NCBI GenBank assembly: GCA_963817955.1
Contig: CAWFQK010000004.1
Coordinates: 896,001 to 960,000 of the forward strand
Direction: 5' to 3'
DNA length: 64,000 nt
Source: an uncultured Gemmatimonadaceae bacterium
Lineage (GTDB): Bacteria > Gemmatimonadota > Gemmatimonadetes > Gemmatimonadales > Gemmatimonadaceae
Notes under the pieces: model-generated
Seen by the model: only the letters and a program-made list of their open reading frames with translations
The model's database searches: none
What the model was told of the DNA's origin: nothing
Made by a program: the position numbers and the translations under genes
Shown: positions 39,024 through 49,517 of the stretch, piece after piece
Layout: every line of letters starts with the position of its first letter
Numbering within the stretch: the stretch's first letter is position 1

Positions 39024-42000
39024 TCAGACGGCGGCTTTGAGGCGTATCTCGACCGTCGTGCCGGTTCCGCCGGCGCTCTCCAGCGAGATGCCGCCGCCCC
39101 ATCCTTCGACGAGCTGACGACTGATCGCCAGGCCAAGACCGCTGCCGCTCGTCCGCGTGGAGAAATGTGGCTCGAATACGTGCGGCAGCACGTCCGCCGC
39201 GATTCCGTGACCGTCGTCCTGGACACTGATCGTCACGCCGCCGTGATCGCTTGGGCGGCCGAAACTGACCGAAACGCGCACCGAGGTCGCATCCGCATGT
39301 CGGGCGTTCTCCAGGACATTGAGCAACACTTCCTTCAGCTCGTCCGGACGCGCGAGCGCCAACACAGGCGCGTCGACCCCCGATTCCTGCCACTCGAGCC
39401 CCTTCTCCTCCACTCCACCCATGCGCTCGAGCGAGACGACCTCGCGCACGACGGCGGCAACATCGGTCGCGGTAGCCCGTTGCCGCTCGTCCGGCGCAGC
39501 GCCGTAGCGGCTGAACGCTCGCGCGATTTCATCCAATCGATCGATCTCGGCAAGGATCTGATTGACGTTGTGCTCCAGGACGCGGTCGAAGTCGACGCGC
39601 GTGTCGGCGCGCGCACGTCGCAGATGCTGCACGCCAAGTCGGATGGGCGTCAGCGGATTCTTGATCTCGTGCGCCACCTGCCGGGCCATCTCGCCCCACG
39701 CGAGCACGCGCTGCGCGCGCGCGAGTTCGGTGACGTCGTCCACCGTCACGACTGCCCCGCCCCGCGCCAATCGCGTCAGCGTGCCCCGCAGTTGCTGTTG
39801 ATCGAGCGCCACCTCGAACGTCTCCTCATCGGCATGCGATGCGAGGAATCGTTCCACCGTCGCGGCAACCGGCTGCGGCGCACAGGCGTGGAACGGGGTG
39901 CCCGCCGTCAGCACCTTGCCTAGCAGTGCCTCGGCGCGGGGGTTCGAGAGCGACACGTTCCCGTCAGGATCCACGGCGACCACGCCGCTCGCCACGTTGC
40001 GCAGCACGGTGGCGGTGCGACGTTGCGCTTCTTCAAGCGCCGTGCGACTGGCGTTGAGGTCTGCCGCCATGCGGCGGAATGCGGTGAACACGGGACTGAA
40101 TTCGGCCGTCGGTTCGTGCTCGAGCGGCGGCATACGCGCACCGCTGGCGATGGAGAGGGCGGCCACGCGCAGCGATCCGATTGGCTTCGCAAGCTGACGT
40201 GCAGCTATGCCGCTCAGCCAGAGCGCAGCCAAGGCGCCGATCACGGTGGCAAAGACGACGAGGACGCCGAGGTCGCGGCGGCGGCGACCGAGTGGCAATT
40301 CGTCCGCGCGCGCGGGCGCCGCAATGACAGTGGACGGCCGATCCTCGTCAGCAAAGGAACGATACCCGAACAGTGCGGACGCTCCGTCGACACGTTCCAA
40401 GCGCGTGTCAGTTTCCTCAGCGCGCACCGCGAGCGTGAGCTCGACCTGTGGCGGGAGGTATCGACCCGTGGGCGCGAGATCGGTGTAGAGCGGATCGCTC
40501 GCGTCTCGCAGTTCACCGGCATAATAGAGAAACAGCGGCGTGTCGAGGCGTTCGCTCTCCGCCGGCAGCCAGTACGGCGCCGCGGGAGGCTTGGCGAGCG
40601 CACGCAGCGTTTCACTGACCAGCAGGGCGCGCGATTGTGATGCATCGGTCGCGAGTTGGCCATACGACCAGATCGCGAAGGCGATGGCGGGAATCACGAA
40701 GAACGCGAACAAGGCCAGCGATAGTCTCGCCCGATAGCTCCGCCCCCAGCGCCGGCGCCGCGCGCGAATCCATCGCGCCGCGCCGCCGTCGGCAATGACA
40801 CTGGCCAGCCAGAGCACGCCAACGAGTGCGAGGTCGAGGAAGACGAACAGTGCGCCGCGTTCGATCAACGCATAAACCGGCCGGAGCTCCACCTCGACGT
40901 GTGCGGCGGCCAGACCACTCCCTGTAGCCACTATCCAGTCGCCATGCAGCTCGCTCCCCTCGCGGCGCCAGCTCGCTCGCCCGTTGGCCGAATCACTCGT
41001 CGTGCGTTTGCGGAGGCGCACGGTATACGGCGGCTCGACGTCGGTCTCGACATCCAGACCAACCAGGCGGGCCAGTGGATCGACTTCGAACAACCGGCTC
41101 TTGGGCGCTAGCACCACCGCCGTGACGCCGCCCGACGCAGACGGCGCGGCCATCACGATTTCGACCGCGGTGTCCGTAGGAACCGGCTCCAGCAGGAGCG
41201 CGCCAGTCTGCCGCGCCGCCGCGACCAGGCGCCCCACCTCGGCCATCGGAATGGGAATCGCCGCCGTCGCGAACTGTGCCGTCGGTCCGGAATCGGTGGG
41301 CCATGCCGAGAGCGCAACCGGATTGCCTGCGGCCGCGATGTCGGAGGTTACGAAGTGCTGGAGCAGCAATTGACGCGTCGTCGGGGCGTAATCGACACCG
41401 AGACTCAGGCCGAAGCGCCGAAGCAATGCGACCGCCACGGGATCGATTTGGCTCAATCCCGCAAGGTCTGCCTCCGCCGCCGCGACACGTCCGCGCGCTG
41501 TGCGCCCCCACACCAGGGTCGTAGCGCCGAGCGCAGCGACGATGGACGCGCTCAGAACGACGTAGCGTGTGCGGCGGCTCAGTGCGAGCATCACGATTGC
41601 CACGATCCACAGGATCGTGTACCACCACGGCCACTGCCCGGGTGCGTGCCATACGATGGGTGCGAGAACAGCGGCGATCGCCGCACCGAGCGGCGCGAGC
41701 CATGGTGCGAGTCCGCGCCGCGGTCCAAGCAAAGTGGCACCTGCAGCGGCGCCGGCGAGCAGCACCGACACGGCTGCCAGAAAGAGTGGAATCTCCCAGA
41801 TCAACCAGAGTGGTGCGTCAACTCCGTATGGCGGGATCTTGACACCGCGCGCCAACTCGCGAAGCAGGAACGGCCCAAGGCCGGCGACGAGCAAGACCGT
41901 CGTGAAGGACCACCACCGGGAGGCACGCGGCGCGCGGCGACGGAACACCGCGAGCACAGCGAGCAGCGCCATGGCGCCCGTGGTCCCGAGCGCGCCTGCG

Positions 42001-43022
42001 TTGCCGGTGAGCGGCCCGCCACCCGGAATGAAGTACACCGCCGGGTCAAACAGCCGGGTCAGATTCGAATACTCGTTGAGGGGGACAAGCGCCGTACATG
42101 CCAGTCCCACGGCCAACGCGGCGACGCGCTGTGACAACGTGCGCGTACCACGCCACACGCCGATGATGAAAAAAGCCAAAGCCAAAAGGAAGGCGAGTCC
42201 CGCGCGCGCACGCACGCGCTCGGCGATCCGCTGCGTCACCTCTCCTTGCGTGATGGGGAGCGCACGGACGTCGAACACCCGCTGACCCCCGAGAGCGTAC
42301 CGAAGTACCTCAGTACCACCAGCGGAGGGATCACCGGGCGGCCCGAACGTGAAGCCCCCGAGGCCGGCCTCCGCTGCGATCCGGCGCGCGAGCGGCGCCG
42401 AGAGCTTGTCGGCGGGAGGCGCCGCATCGAGAAGGGCTATAGCGACGGCACGGGTCACACCGCGTTGCTTCATGACCTGCAGCGCGAGATAGAACGGCGT
42501 CGCGACGACCGTCGTGCCTTCGTAGGTCAGATCGATCGGCGGATGAATGCCACCGGCCCAGGCGAGGGCGCTGTCGCCCCGATACACCACCACGCCGCGC
42601 TCGTCGCCGCTTGCCACGAGGTTCGAGAGGGCATCGAACGCCTGAGCCCGATCGGCGGGCGACGAGAGCGCATCCCGCGCCGTCGCCGCAGTGGCGACGA
42701 CGGCATCATCGATTCCGCGGCGCAGCGATGCCAGCCCATCCATCACTGCGCCCCGCCGCCAAGTCTCCCACTCGTGCTCGAGCAGCCACAGGTTGCGCTG
42801 GGCCGGCAGCGCGAGCCCCGCGGCGACCACGAGCGCAAGCGCACAGGCAGCCGCCCACCAGCGTTGCGCGCCCTGCACCACCGCAGCCGTTACTGCGGTC
42901 GCCACGGTAGCGACGGCGAATGGCACCAGATACTCTACGCTCGGGGCTTGTAGCCACTGGCTTGCCGAGAGTAGTGCCGCACTGGCGGCGACCGCCCACC
43001 ATATCCACGCTGACGGGCGCAC
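39024..43022 (-). CDS. Large multi-TM HAMP/PAS sensor histidine kinase (NtrY-like)
   Basis: AWGEMARQVAHEIKNPLTPI, NVLENA, DDGHG, GSGLGL; many TM segments. Confidence 0.9.
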   Translation of the reverse strand: MRPSAWIWWAVAASAALLSASQWLQAPSVEYLVPFAVATVATAVTAAVVQGAQRWWAAACALALVVAAGLALPAQRNLWLLEHEWETWRRGAVMDGLASLRRGIDDAVVATAATARDALSSPADRAQAFDALSNLVASGDERGVVVYRGDSALAWAGGIHPPIDLTYEGTTVVATPFYLALQVMKQRGVTRAVAIALLDAAPPADKLSAPLARRIAAEAGLGGFTFGPPGDPSAGGTEVLRYALGGQRVFDVRALPITQGEVTQRIAERVRARAGLAFLLALAFFIIGVWRGTRTLSQRVAALAVGLACTALVPLNEYSNLTRLFDPAVYFIPGGGPLTGNAGALGTTGAMALLAVLAVFRRRAPRASRWWSFTTVLLVAGLGPFLLRELARGVKIPPYGVDAPLWLIWEIPLFLAAVSVLLAGAAAGATLLGPRRGLAPWLAPLGAAIAAVLAPIVWHAPGQWPWWYTILWIVAIVMLALSRRTRYVVLSASIVAALGATTLVWGRTARGRVAAAEADLAGLSQIDPVAVALLRRFGLSLGVDYAPTTRQLLLQHFVTSDIAAAGNPVALSAWPTDSGPTAQFATAAIPIPMAEVGRLVAAARQTGALLLEPVPTDTAVEIVMAAPSASGGVTAVVLAPKSRLFEVDPLARLVGLDVETDVEPPYTVRLRKRTTSDSANGRASWRREGSELHGDWIVATGSGLAAAHVEVELRPVYALIERGALFVFLDLALVGVLWLASVIADGGAARWIRARRRRWGRSYRARLSLALFAFFVIPAIAFAIWSYGQLATDASQSRALLVSETLRALAKPPAAPYWLPAESERLDTPLFLYYAGELRDASDPLYTDLAPTGRYLPPQVELTLAVRAEETDTRLERVDGASALFGYRSFADEDRPSTVIAAPARADELPLGRRRRDLGVLVVFATVIGALAALWLSGIAARQLAKPIGSLRVAALSIASGARMPPLEHEPTAEFSPVFTAFRRMAADLNASRTALEEAQRRTATVLRNVASGVVAVDPDGNVSLSNPRAEALLGKVLTAGTPFHACAPQPVAATVERFLASHADEETFEVALDQQQLRGTLTRLARGGAVVTVDDVTELARAQRVLAWGEMARQVAHEIKNPLTPIRLGVQHLRRARADTRVDFDRVLEHNVNQILAEIDRLDEIARAFSRYGAAPDERQRATATDVAAVVREVVSLERMGGVEEKGLEWQESGVDAPVLALARPDELKEVLLNVLENARHADATSVRVSVSFGRPSDHGGVTISVQDDGHGIAADVLPHVFEPHFSTRTSGSGLGLAISRQLVEGWGGGISLESAGGTGTTVEIRLKAAV

Positions 43023-43062
43023 TTCGGCTCGTCGCGTCTGTCGAACCGATCGCTCAGGTAAA

Positions 43063-43803
43063 ATGAGTCAGTCTCCCGCCGGTATACCGGCGCCGCGCCG
43101 CCTGAAGGAGCTGCGGCCTGCCGAAGTCGCGGCGCGCATGGAGCGCGACCCGCGGCTGATCATCCCTGTTGGTACCTGCGAGCAGCACGGACCGCACATG
43201 CCCCTGGGCTCCGATACTATCATTGTCGAACGCCTGTCGCGCGATCTGTCCGCGGAATTTGGAATCCTGCTCGCCCCCACGGTCGAGTACGGCGTGAACG
43301 TTGAGACGGAGCGAGGCTTTGCGGGAAATGCCTCCCTCCGCAAGAAGACCTTGCACCGGTTGCTCAACGACCTGCTCGACACGTGGGAATCCACGGGTGT
43401 CCGCGAGTTCATCCTGCTGACGGCTCACGAGCACGATCCGCATCTCGAAGCGCTGTGTACGGTCATCACGTCCGGAGCGAGGGTACGGGTGGTGGACATC
43501 TTCGGCGTGCACTTCAGCGATCTGCTCGAGGCTCAGTCCGAGCCTATGCATGGCGACGAGGTGGACACATCTCTGATGCTGTACATCGCGCCTGAGCTTG
43601 TGCAAATGGAGCTCGCTCAGGATTATATGATGTCACGCGACGAGCTGCGACGTTACAGGCGTGGTTGGCTGCGCGTCCCCAGATCGAGCTCGGGGTCCAT
43701 CGGACGACCAACGCTGGCCACGGCCGAAAAAGGCCGCGCGATCTACCAGCGGATCTACTCCAGCATTCGCGACCACGTATTCGTGGCCCCGTCGGCCGAA
43801 TAG
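43063..43803 (+). CDS. Creatininase family protein
   Basis: PVGTCEQHGPHMPLGSD, MHGDEVDTS, G.P.LATAEKG. Confidence 0.88.
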   Translation: MSQSPAGIPAPRRLKELRPAEVAARMERDPRLIIPVGTCEQHGPHMPLGSDTIIVERLSRDLSAEFGILLAPTVEYGVNVETERGFAGNASLRKKTLHRLLNDLLDTWESTGVREFILLTAHEHDPHLEALCTVITSGARVRVVDIFGVHFSDLLEAQSEPMHGDEVDTSLMLYIAPELVQMELAQDYMMSRDELRRYRRGWLRVPRSSSGSIGRPTLATAEKGRAIYQRIYSSIRDHVFVAPSAE

Positions 43804-43838
43804 TGAACGCGGCGGTCGCGACCGGGTAATTTACTGTC

Positions 43839-44510
43839 ATGCGCTTTCGTTCCGTGCTTGCTCTCCTCGCCCTGAGCGCCCCCGCGGCGTTTGGACAGGG
43901 TCGATTGATCGACGAAGGGACCTTCGTCATCACGAGACCGGGCGCGTCCGCACAAACTGAAAGCTTCAAGCTCGTCCGAGCGGAGGGCTCGCAGCTCACG
44001 GCCACGGCCCAGCTCGCATCCGGCACCGAACAAATCACTTCGTCGCTCACCGCCGACTCCCTCGGCACACCAATTCGCTACGAATTTCACGTGAGGGACA
44101 AGGGCACGCGCATTCTCGACATTCGCGCCGTCGCTCTCGGCGGACGCCTCTCGGCCCTTTCGTCAAACCAGCGCGGCGACGAGTCTATGCGCGAATATGC
44201 CATCGTGCCGGGCCAGAGTCTCATCGTGGAAGACGATCTGCTGCACCAGCTCTATTTTGTAGCGCTCTCCAAGCGATCCACCACCGTCCAGGTCATTGAG
44301 CCGCGCCTTTCGCGCTCGACGAACATGGTTCTGGCGGCCCATGGCTTCGAGCCCGTTGAGATTGCCGGCAAATCGGTGACCGCCACCCACTACACGTTGG
44401 GCACCGGTCCGTCCAGCCGCGATTTCTGGGTAGACGCCGGCGGTAGGGTGCTCAAGGCCGAGATTCCGAGCCAGAGGATCGTGGCGATTCGCGAAGAAAT
44501 GCCGCGGTGA
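43839..44510 (+). CDS. Exported hypothetical protein
   Basis: Signal peptide; beta-rich; -10 box 6 nt upstream. Confidence 0.78.
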   Translation: MRFRSVLALLALSAPAAFGQGRLIDEGTFVITRPGASAQTESFKLVRAEGSQLTATAQLASGTEQITSSLTADSLGTPIRYEFHVRDKGTRILDIRAVALGGRLSALSSNQRGDESMREYAIVPGQSLIVEDDLLHQLYFVALSKRSTTVQVIEPRLSRSTNMVLAAHGFEPVEIAGKSVTATHYTLGTGPSSRDFWVDAGGRVLKAEIPSQRIVAIREEMPR

Positions 44511-44583
44511 TGCGGTGCCCGCTGAAACTCCCTGGATCTCCCCTCCGTACATCCAGCAGACCCCCTCCAAAGGACTTTCCTTC

Positions 44584-46053
44584 ATGCGTTCGTTGAGGTT
44601 CGTCGCGCTCCTCGCGATCCCTGTGCAGTTTGCCGTCGGCCAGCAGGGACCTGCTCCCACTCGCGGAGCCACCCTCACCCTGGAAGACGCGATTACCACG
44701 GCACACCAGAACAATCCGTTGTTCCTGCAGGTGCAAAACAACCTCCGTAACTCCGAAGCCCAGGTTCGCTCGGCGTATGGCGCTCTCTTGCCGAGCGCCA
44801 GTGCAAGTCTCTCTACCAGCTACAACCAGGGCGGTACCCAGTACGTCCAAGGCATTGCGCTGCCGAGCAGTTCTGACGCCTACCAGTCGTCCTACCGCGC
44901 GAGCGTGAGCTATAGCGTCAACGCCGGCCTGGCGTTCGCACCGCGCGCCGCAAAAGCAGGCCGCAGCGCCGCCGAAGCTGACATCACGAATCAGGCCGAG
45001 GTACTGCGCGCGCAAGTGACCACGCAGTACATCACGGTCTTACAGGCCGACGCGCAGGCAGCGCTCCAGGACACGCTGGTGCAGACGGCGCAGGGCCAAC
45101 TGGATCTCGCCAACGCAAAGATGAAGGTGGGCGCCGGGACGATCCTCGACGTCCGCAGCGCAGAGGTTGCGCTCGGCCAGGCGCAGGTGAACGCGTTGAC
45201 GGCACACAACACGGCGCGCGTCGAACGCCTTCGCTTGTACCAGGCGATGGGCGTGCCGGCGGACATCGACGCCAAGCTGACGACGCCGTTCGCGGTGTCG
45301 CAGCCGAATTTCTCGCTCGATTCGCTCCTCGACCTCGCGCGCCATGTCAATCCAGACCTGAGCGCACGCAAGTCGCGCGAGAACGCGGCGCAGATGGGCG
45401 TGCGCCTGGCGCAGACGGCTTACCTGCCGTCGCTGACGTTGAGCACGGGTTACGGTGCCAATGCGTTCGGCTATACGGATTCCGAGATTCTGGCGCAGCA
45501 AGCGAGCGCTGGGGCCGCCGCCAGCGCCCGGAACTGCCTGTCGCAAGACTCCCTTCGGGTTGGCGCGGGCCTCAGTCACCTCAACTGCGGTTCGGGCATC
45601 TTGACTGCCAGTGAGCTCGATGCCGCGCGCTCGCAGAACCGGCCGTTCAGCTTCCAGAAGGCGCCCTTCGGTCTCTCGGCGTTCATCTCAGTTCCGATCT
45701 TCAACAACTTCCAGCGCGAACAAACTCTCGAAACACAGCGCGTCGCGCTCGACAACGCGCTCGCCGATGTGCGCTCGCGCAACCTCCAGTTGACGACCGA
45801 CGTCACGCAGGCCTATCTCAATCTCGTCACGGCCGCGAAGACGCAGCAGTTGCAGGAACAGAACGCCGGGAAGGCGACAGAAGAGCTGATCGCCGCGCAA
45901 GAGCGGTACAAGGTAGGCGCAGCGACCTTCCTGGATGTCACCGTGGCACGCGGAACCTACGAGCAAGCGCAGATGGCCCGCGTCAACTCCATTTACGACT
46001 ATCACAAGGCGTACGCCGCGTTGGAAAACGCGGTCGGCCGCCCTCTCCGCTGA
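44584..46053 (+). CDS. TolC family outer membrane efflux protein
   Basis: LTLEDAI, AYLPSL, PIFNNF, AQERYKVG repeats. Confidence 0.9.
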   Translation: MRSLRFVALLAIPVQFAVGQQGPAPTRGATLTLEDAITTAHQNNPLFLQVQNNLRNSEAQVRSAYGALLPSASASLSTSYNQGGTQYVQGIALPSSSDAYQSSYRASVSYSVNAGLAFAPRAAKAGRSAAEADITNQAEVLRAQVTTQYITVLQADAQAALQDTLVQTAQGQLDLANAKMKVGAGTILDVRSAEVALGQAQVNALTAHNTARVERLRLYQAMGVPADIDAKLTTPFAVSQPNFSLDSLLDLARHVNPDLSARKSRENAAQMGVRLAQTAYLPSLTLSTGYGANAFGYTDSEILAQQASAGAAASARNCLSQDSLRVGAGLSHLNCGSGILTASELDAARSQNRPFSFQKAPFGLSAFISVPIFNNFQREQTLETQRVALDNALADVRSRNLQLTTDVTQAYLNLVTAAKTQQLQEQNAGKATEELIAAQERYKVGAATFLDVTVARGTYEQAQMARVNSIYDYHKAYAALENAVGRPLR

Positions 46054-46068
46054 GGCCGAGACACTATT

Positions 46069-47354
46069 ATGGGCAAGAAGACAACCTTGGGCATCGGCAT
46101 TGTCGCGGCCGCGGGGATCATATCGGTTGTAGCAATGAGCGCGTTCAAGCGCAGCAACAAGGCCGTGGAAGTGCGTATGGAGTCGGTGCAGAATCGCGAC
46201 CTCGTCGCCTCGGTTACAGCGAGCGGCCAAGTGCGTCCGCAAACGAAAGTGGATGTCGCGTCTGACGTGAGCGGCAAGATCATCAAGCTGGCCGTGAAAG
46301 AAGGCCAGATGGTGTCTGCCGGGCAGTTCTTGCTGCAGATCGACCCCGTGCAACCAGAGGCGGCCGTGGAGCGCGCCGTCGCCCAGGTGGCGTCCTCCCG
46401 GGCTCAGCTCACCCAGGCCGCCGCGAACCTCGACCAGGCAACCAAAACCTTTGATCGATCGGCGGCCATCAAGCAGCAAAACGCGCAACTCATTTCCGAC
46501 GAGCAGATCGACCAGCTTCGGACGGCGGTGGACGTGAATAAGGCGGTGGTCGAAGCGGCAAAACACGCCGTGGATCAGTCGACCGCATCACTCAATGACG
46601 CCAAGAGCGCGTTGTCAAAGACCACCATCTATGCCCCGATGGCCGGCCGTGTCACGCGCCTCGATGTGGAGCAAGGCGAGACGGCGATGCAGGGGACGTT
46701 CAACAAGGATGCGGCGACGCTGCTGACGATCAGCGACATGTGCGTGCTCGAGACGCAAGGTGAAGGTGGACGAAACCGACGTCGCTCGCATCGAGCTCGG
46801 CGACTCGGCGCAAGTCCAGATCGACGCGTTTCCGGATACCACGTTCATCGGCAAGGTCACCAAGATCTCCAACAGCTCGCTGAAGGCCGCGAGCGCAACG
46901 AGCACGGACCAGGCGGTGGACTACGAAGTGACGATCCAACTCCTGAACGCACCGGTGGATACGCGCCCTGACTTCTCGGCGACAGCCAAGGTCATCACCG
47001 ACAAACGCGCCGGCGTCCTGTCGGTTCCAATCATCGCGCTCACCGTACGTGAGGACTCGAGCCTCTCAAAGGGTGACACGGCCGTCGGCCTCGGAAAGGC
47101 CAAACCGGCCAAAGACGTGGGCAAAAAGGACGTCGAAGGCGTGTTTGTCGTAGGAACCGACAACAAAGTGACCTTCCGGCCCGTAAAAGTAGGGATAGCA
47201 GGCGAGAAGCACTTCGAGATCGTCAGCGGCCTCAAGGCAGGCGAAAAGATCGTCGGCGGGAACCTACCAGGCTATTCGCGAGCTGAAGGACGGCGCACTC
47301 GTGCGCGAGACCAAGCCGGACGCGAAGAAGCCCACCTCCGGGACCAAGTCGTGA
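46069..47354 (+). CDS. MacA-like periplasmic adaptor; two +1 frameshifts (~46756, ~47260)
   Basis: VKEGQ.V..GQ.L, IYAPMAG, VDETD, SGLKAGE; 1286 nt = 3n+2. Confidence 0.88.
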
Positions 47355-48164
47355 ACTCACTAAGCGATAGAAGCACCTCTTACGGAAACCGCTGAACGTC
47401 GCGCGGTCGTCAGCACCGAAGGCAAATCGCCCGAGTCAAAGTGGGTCATCGTCACACGCGGCATCAAGCGTGAATACGACATGGGCGGTGAAGTCGTCCG
47501 CGCCTTGCGGGGCGTGGACCTCGCCATTCGCGCGTAACGAGTACGTGGCCATCATGGGGCCGTCGGGTTCGGGCAAGTCCACCCTCATGAACATCATCGG
47601 CTGCCTCGACACGCCGAACGCCGGCGAGTACTGGCTCAACGGCATGCTCGTGTCCGATATGAAGGACGACGCGCTGGCCCGCGTGCGCAACAAGGAGATC
47701 GGGTTCGTCTTCCAGACGTTCAACCTGCTCCCCCGCGCCACCGCGTTGCACAATGTCGAGCTGCCACTGGTGTACGCCGGCATTGGTTCCGACGAGCGGA
47801 AGCGCCGCGCCAAGGAAGCGCTCGCCAAGGTGCAGCTCGAGGACCGCATGGATCACCGTCCGAACGAACTCTCGGGCGGCCAGCGCCAACGCGTTGCCAT
47901 TGCCCGCGCGCTCGTCAACAATCCGTCCATTCTTCTCGCCGACGAGCCGACGGGGAATCTCGACTCGACAGACGTCGGAAGAGATCATGAAGTGTCTTCG
48001 AGAATCTGGCGAGCACGGGACAGACCGTCATCATGGTTACCCACGAGCCGGATATCGCCGCCCATGCGCGCCGCGTCGTCGTCCTGCGCGACGGTCTGAT
48101 GTCGACCGACGAATCGCGCGCGGCGTTCATCGAGCGCGTTGGCGCGCCGCACCCCAAGATCTAG
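47351..48164 (+). CDS. MacB/LolD-type ABC ATPase; four +1 frameshifts (~47369, ~47532, ~47968, ~47993)
   Basis: [33 protein letters not shown] after correction. Confidence 0.9.
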
Positions 48165-48197
48165 GCTGGGTGTAACTTCAGGGGGCTCCCTTCCGTA

Positions 48198-48260
48198 AGG
48201 GTCGAGGGACGAGGGGTGCAGCGCGAGACGACTCGCGCTCACCACCCGACCCTCGACCCT
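48198..48260. repeat. Inverted heptamer arms (AGGGWCG / CGACCCT) around a GCGCGAG hairpin
   Basis: AGGGTCG AGGGACG ... GCGCGAG-ACGA-CTCGCGC ... CGACCCT CGACCCT. Confidence 0.7.
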
Positions 48261-48271
48261 CTTCCTTGCCC

Positions 48272-49517
48272 ATGTCTTTCTTTCAAGCCGTCCTCATCGC
48301 CTGGAACACCATTCGCGTTCAGAAGCTGAAGAGCTTCTTTACCGTGATCGGCGTGACGATCGGCGTGACGTTCCTCATCGCCGTGGTCTCCATCGTGGGC
48401 GGCATGGGCCGCTACATGCAGGACGACCTGGTCGGCAAGATCATCGCGGTGAACGCCTTCAACCTCCGTGCGAGCCCGAATATCCAAATGGGCGACATCA
48501 CAGAGGAGGAGATGCGCGACTGGCGCCGGCGGCCGCGCATCCTGCAGTCCGACGTATTGCCCGTAGCCGCCGCACTGCCGTCCGACGTTCTCTGGGCGGT
48601 CGAGAGCGGGGCGAATCTCACGATCGAATCCGCGTACGCATCGCCGCGGCCCAGTAGCTGCTCCACCGTGTCGAGCGATTGGTTCAAGATCAAGCGCATG
48701 GGCGTGAGCAATGGTCGTCTGATCGGACCGCAGGAGTACCTGCTCGGCAGCCCGGTGGTCGTGATCGGCCAGGATGTCGCCGACCACTTCTTCCCCGCCC
48801 TCGATCCCGTGGGCCGCCAGATGCGCATCCAGGGCATCCCGTACACCGTCATCGGGGTCGCGGAAAAGCAAGGCAACGTATTGGGCATCTCGCTGGACAA
48901 GTTCGTCATTGCGCCGGAGAAGGCGCCGCTCAATCGCTGGGTCAATCCGCACGGCGTAGTCAGACCAGGTAGTCATTCAAGGCGCGAATGAAGTCGCGAT
49001 GCGTGATGCCATGGAAGCGACGCGCACCATCATGCGCGCTCGCCACCATCTCCGTCCCGCACAGCCAGACAACTTCGCGCTGGAGACCTCGGATTCCGCG
49101 CTCGAGTTCTGGAACAAGCTGAAGAGCTATCTCGTGATCGCCGGCGTCGCGCTGCCAGCGATCGGGCTCGTCGTCGGGGCAATCGTCATCATGAATATCA
49201 TGCTCGTGGCGGTCGCCGAGCGCACGCGGGAGATCGGCATCCGAAAAGCCTTGGGTGCACGCCGCCGCGACATCTTGAATCAGTTCCTGGTCGAGTCCGC
49301 GACGCTGGCGACGTTTGGCGCCGCGCTCGGCGTGGCGCTCGGCATCGGATTCGCAAAGGCGATCGCCGCGGTCTCGCCGCTTCCCGCGGCAGTCGAGGTC
49401 TGGTCGATCTTCGTGGGTGTGGGCGTGGGAGCCGGCGTGGGGATCATCGCCGGTATCTATCCGGCAAGCCAGGCGGCCATGCTCGATCCCATCGCCGCCA
49501 TGAGGCAGGAGACCTGA
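48272..49517 (+). CDS. MacB-like ABC permease 1 (type A); one +1 frameshift (~48962)
   Basis: IMNIMLVAVAERTREIGIRKALGA; ends RQET. Confidence 0.9.
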
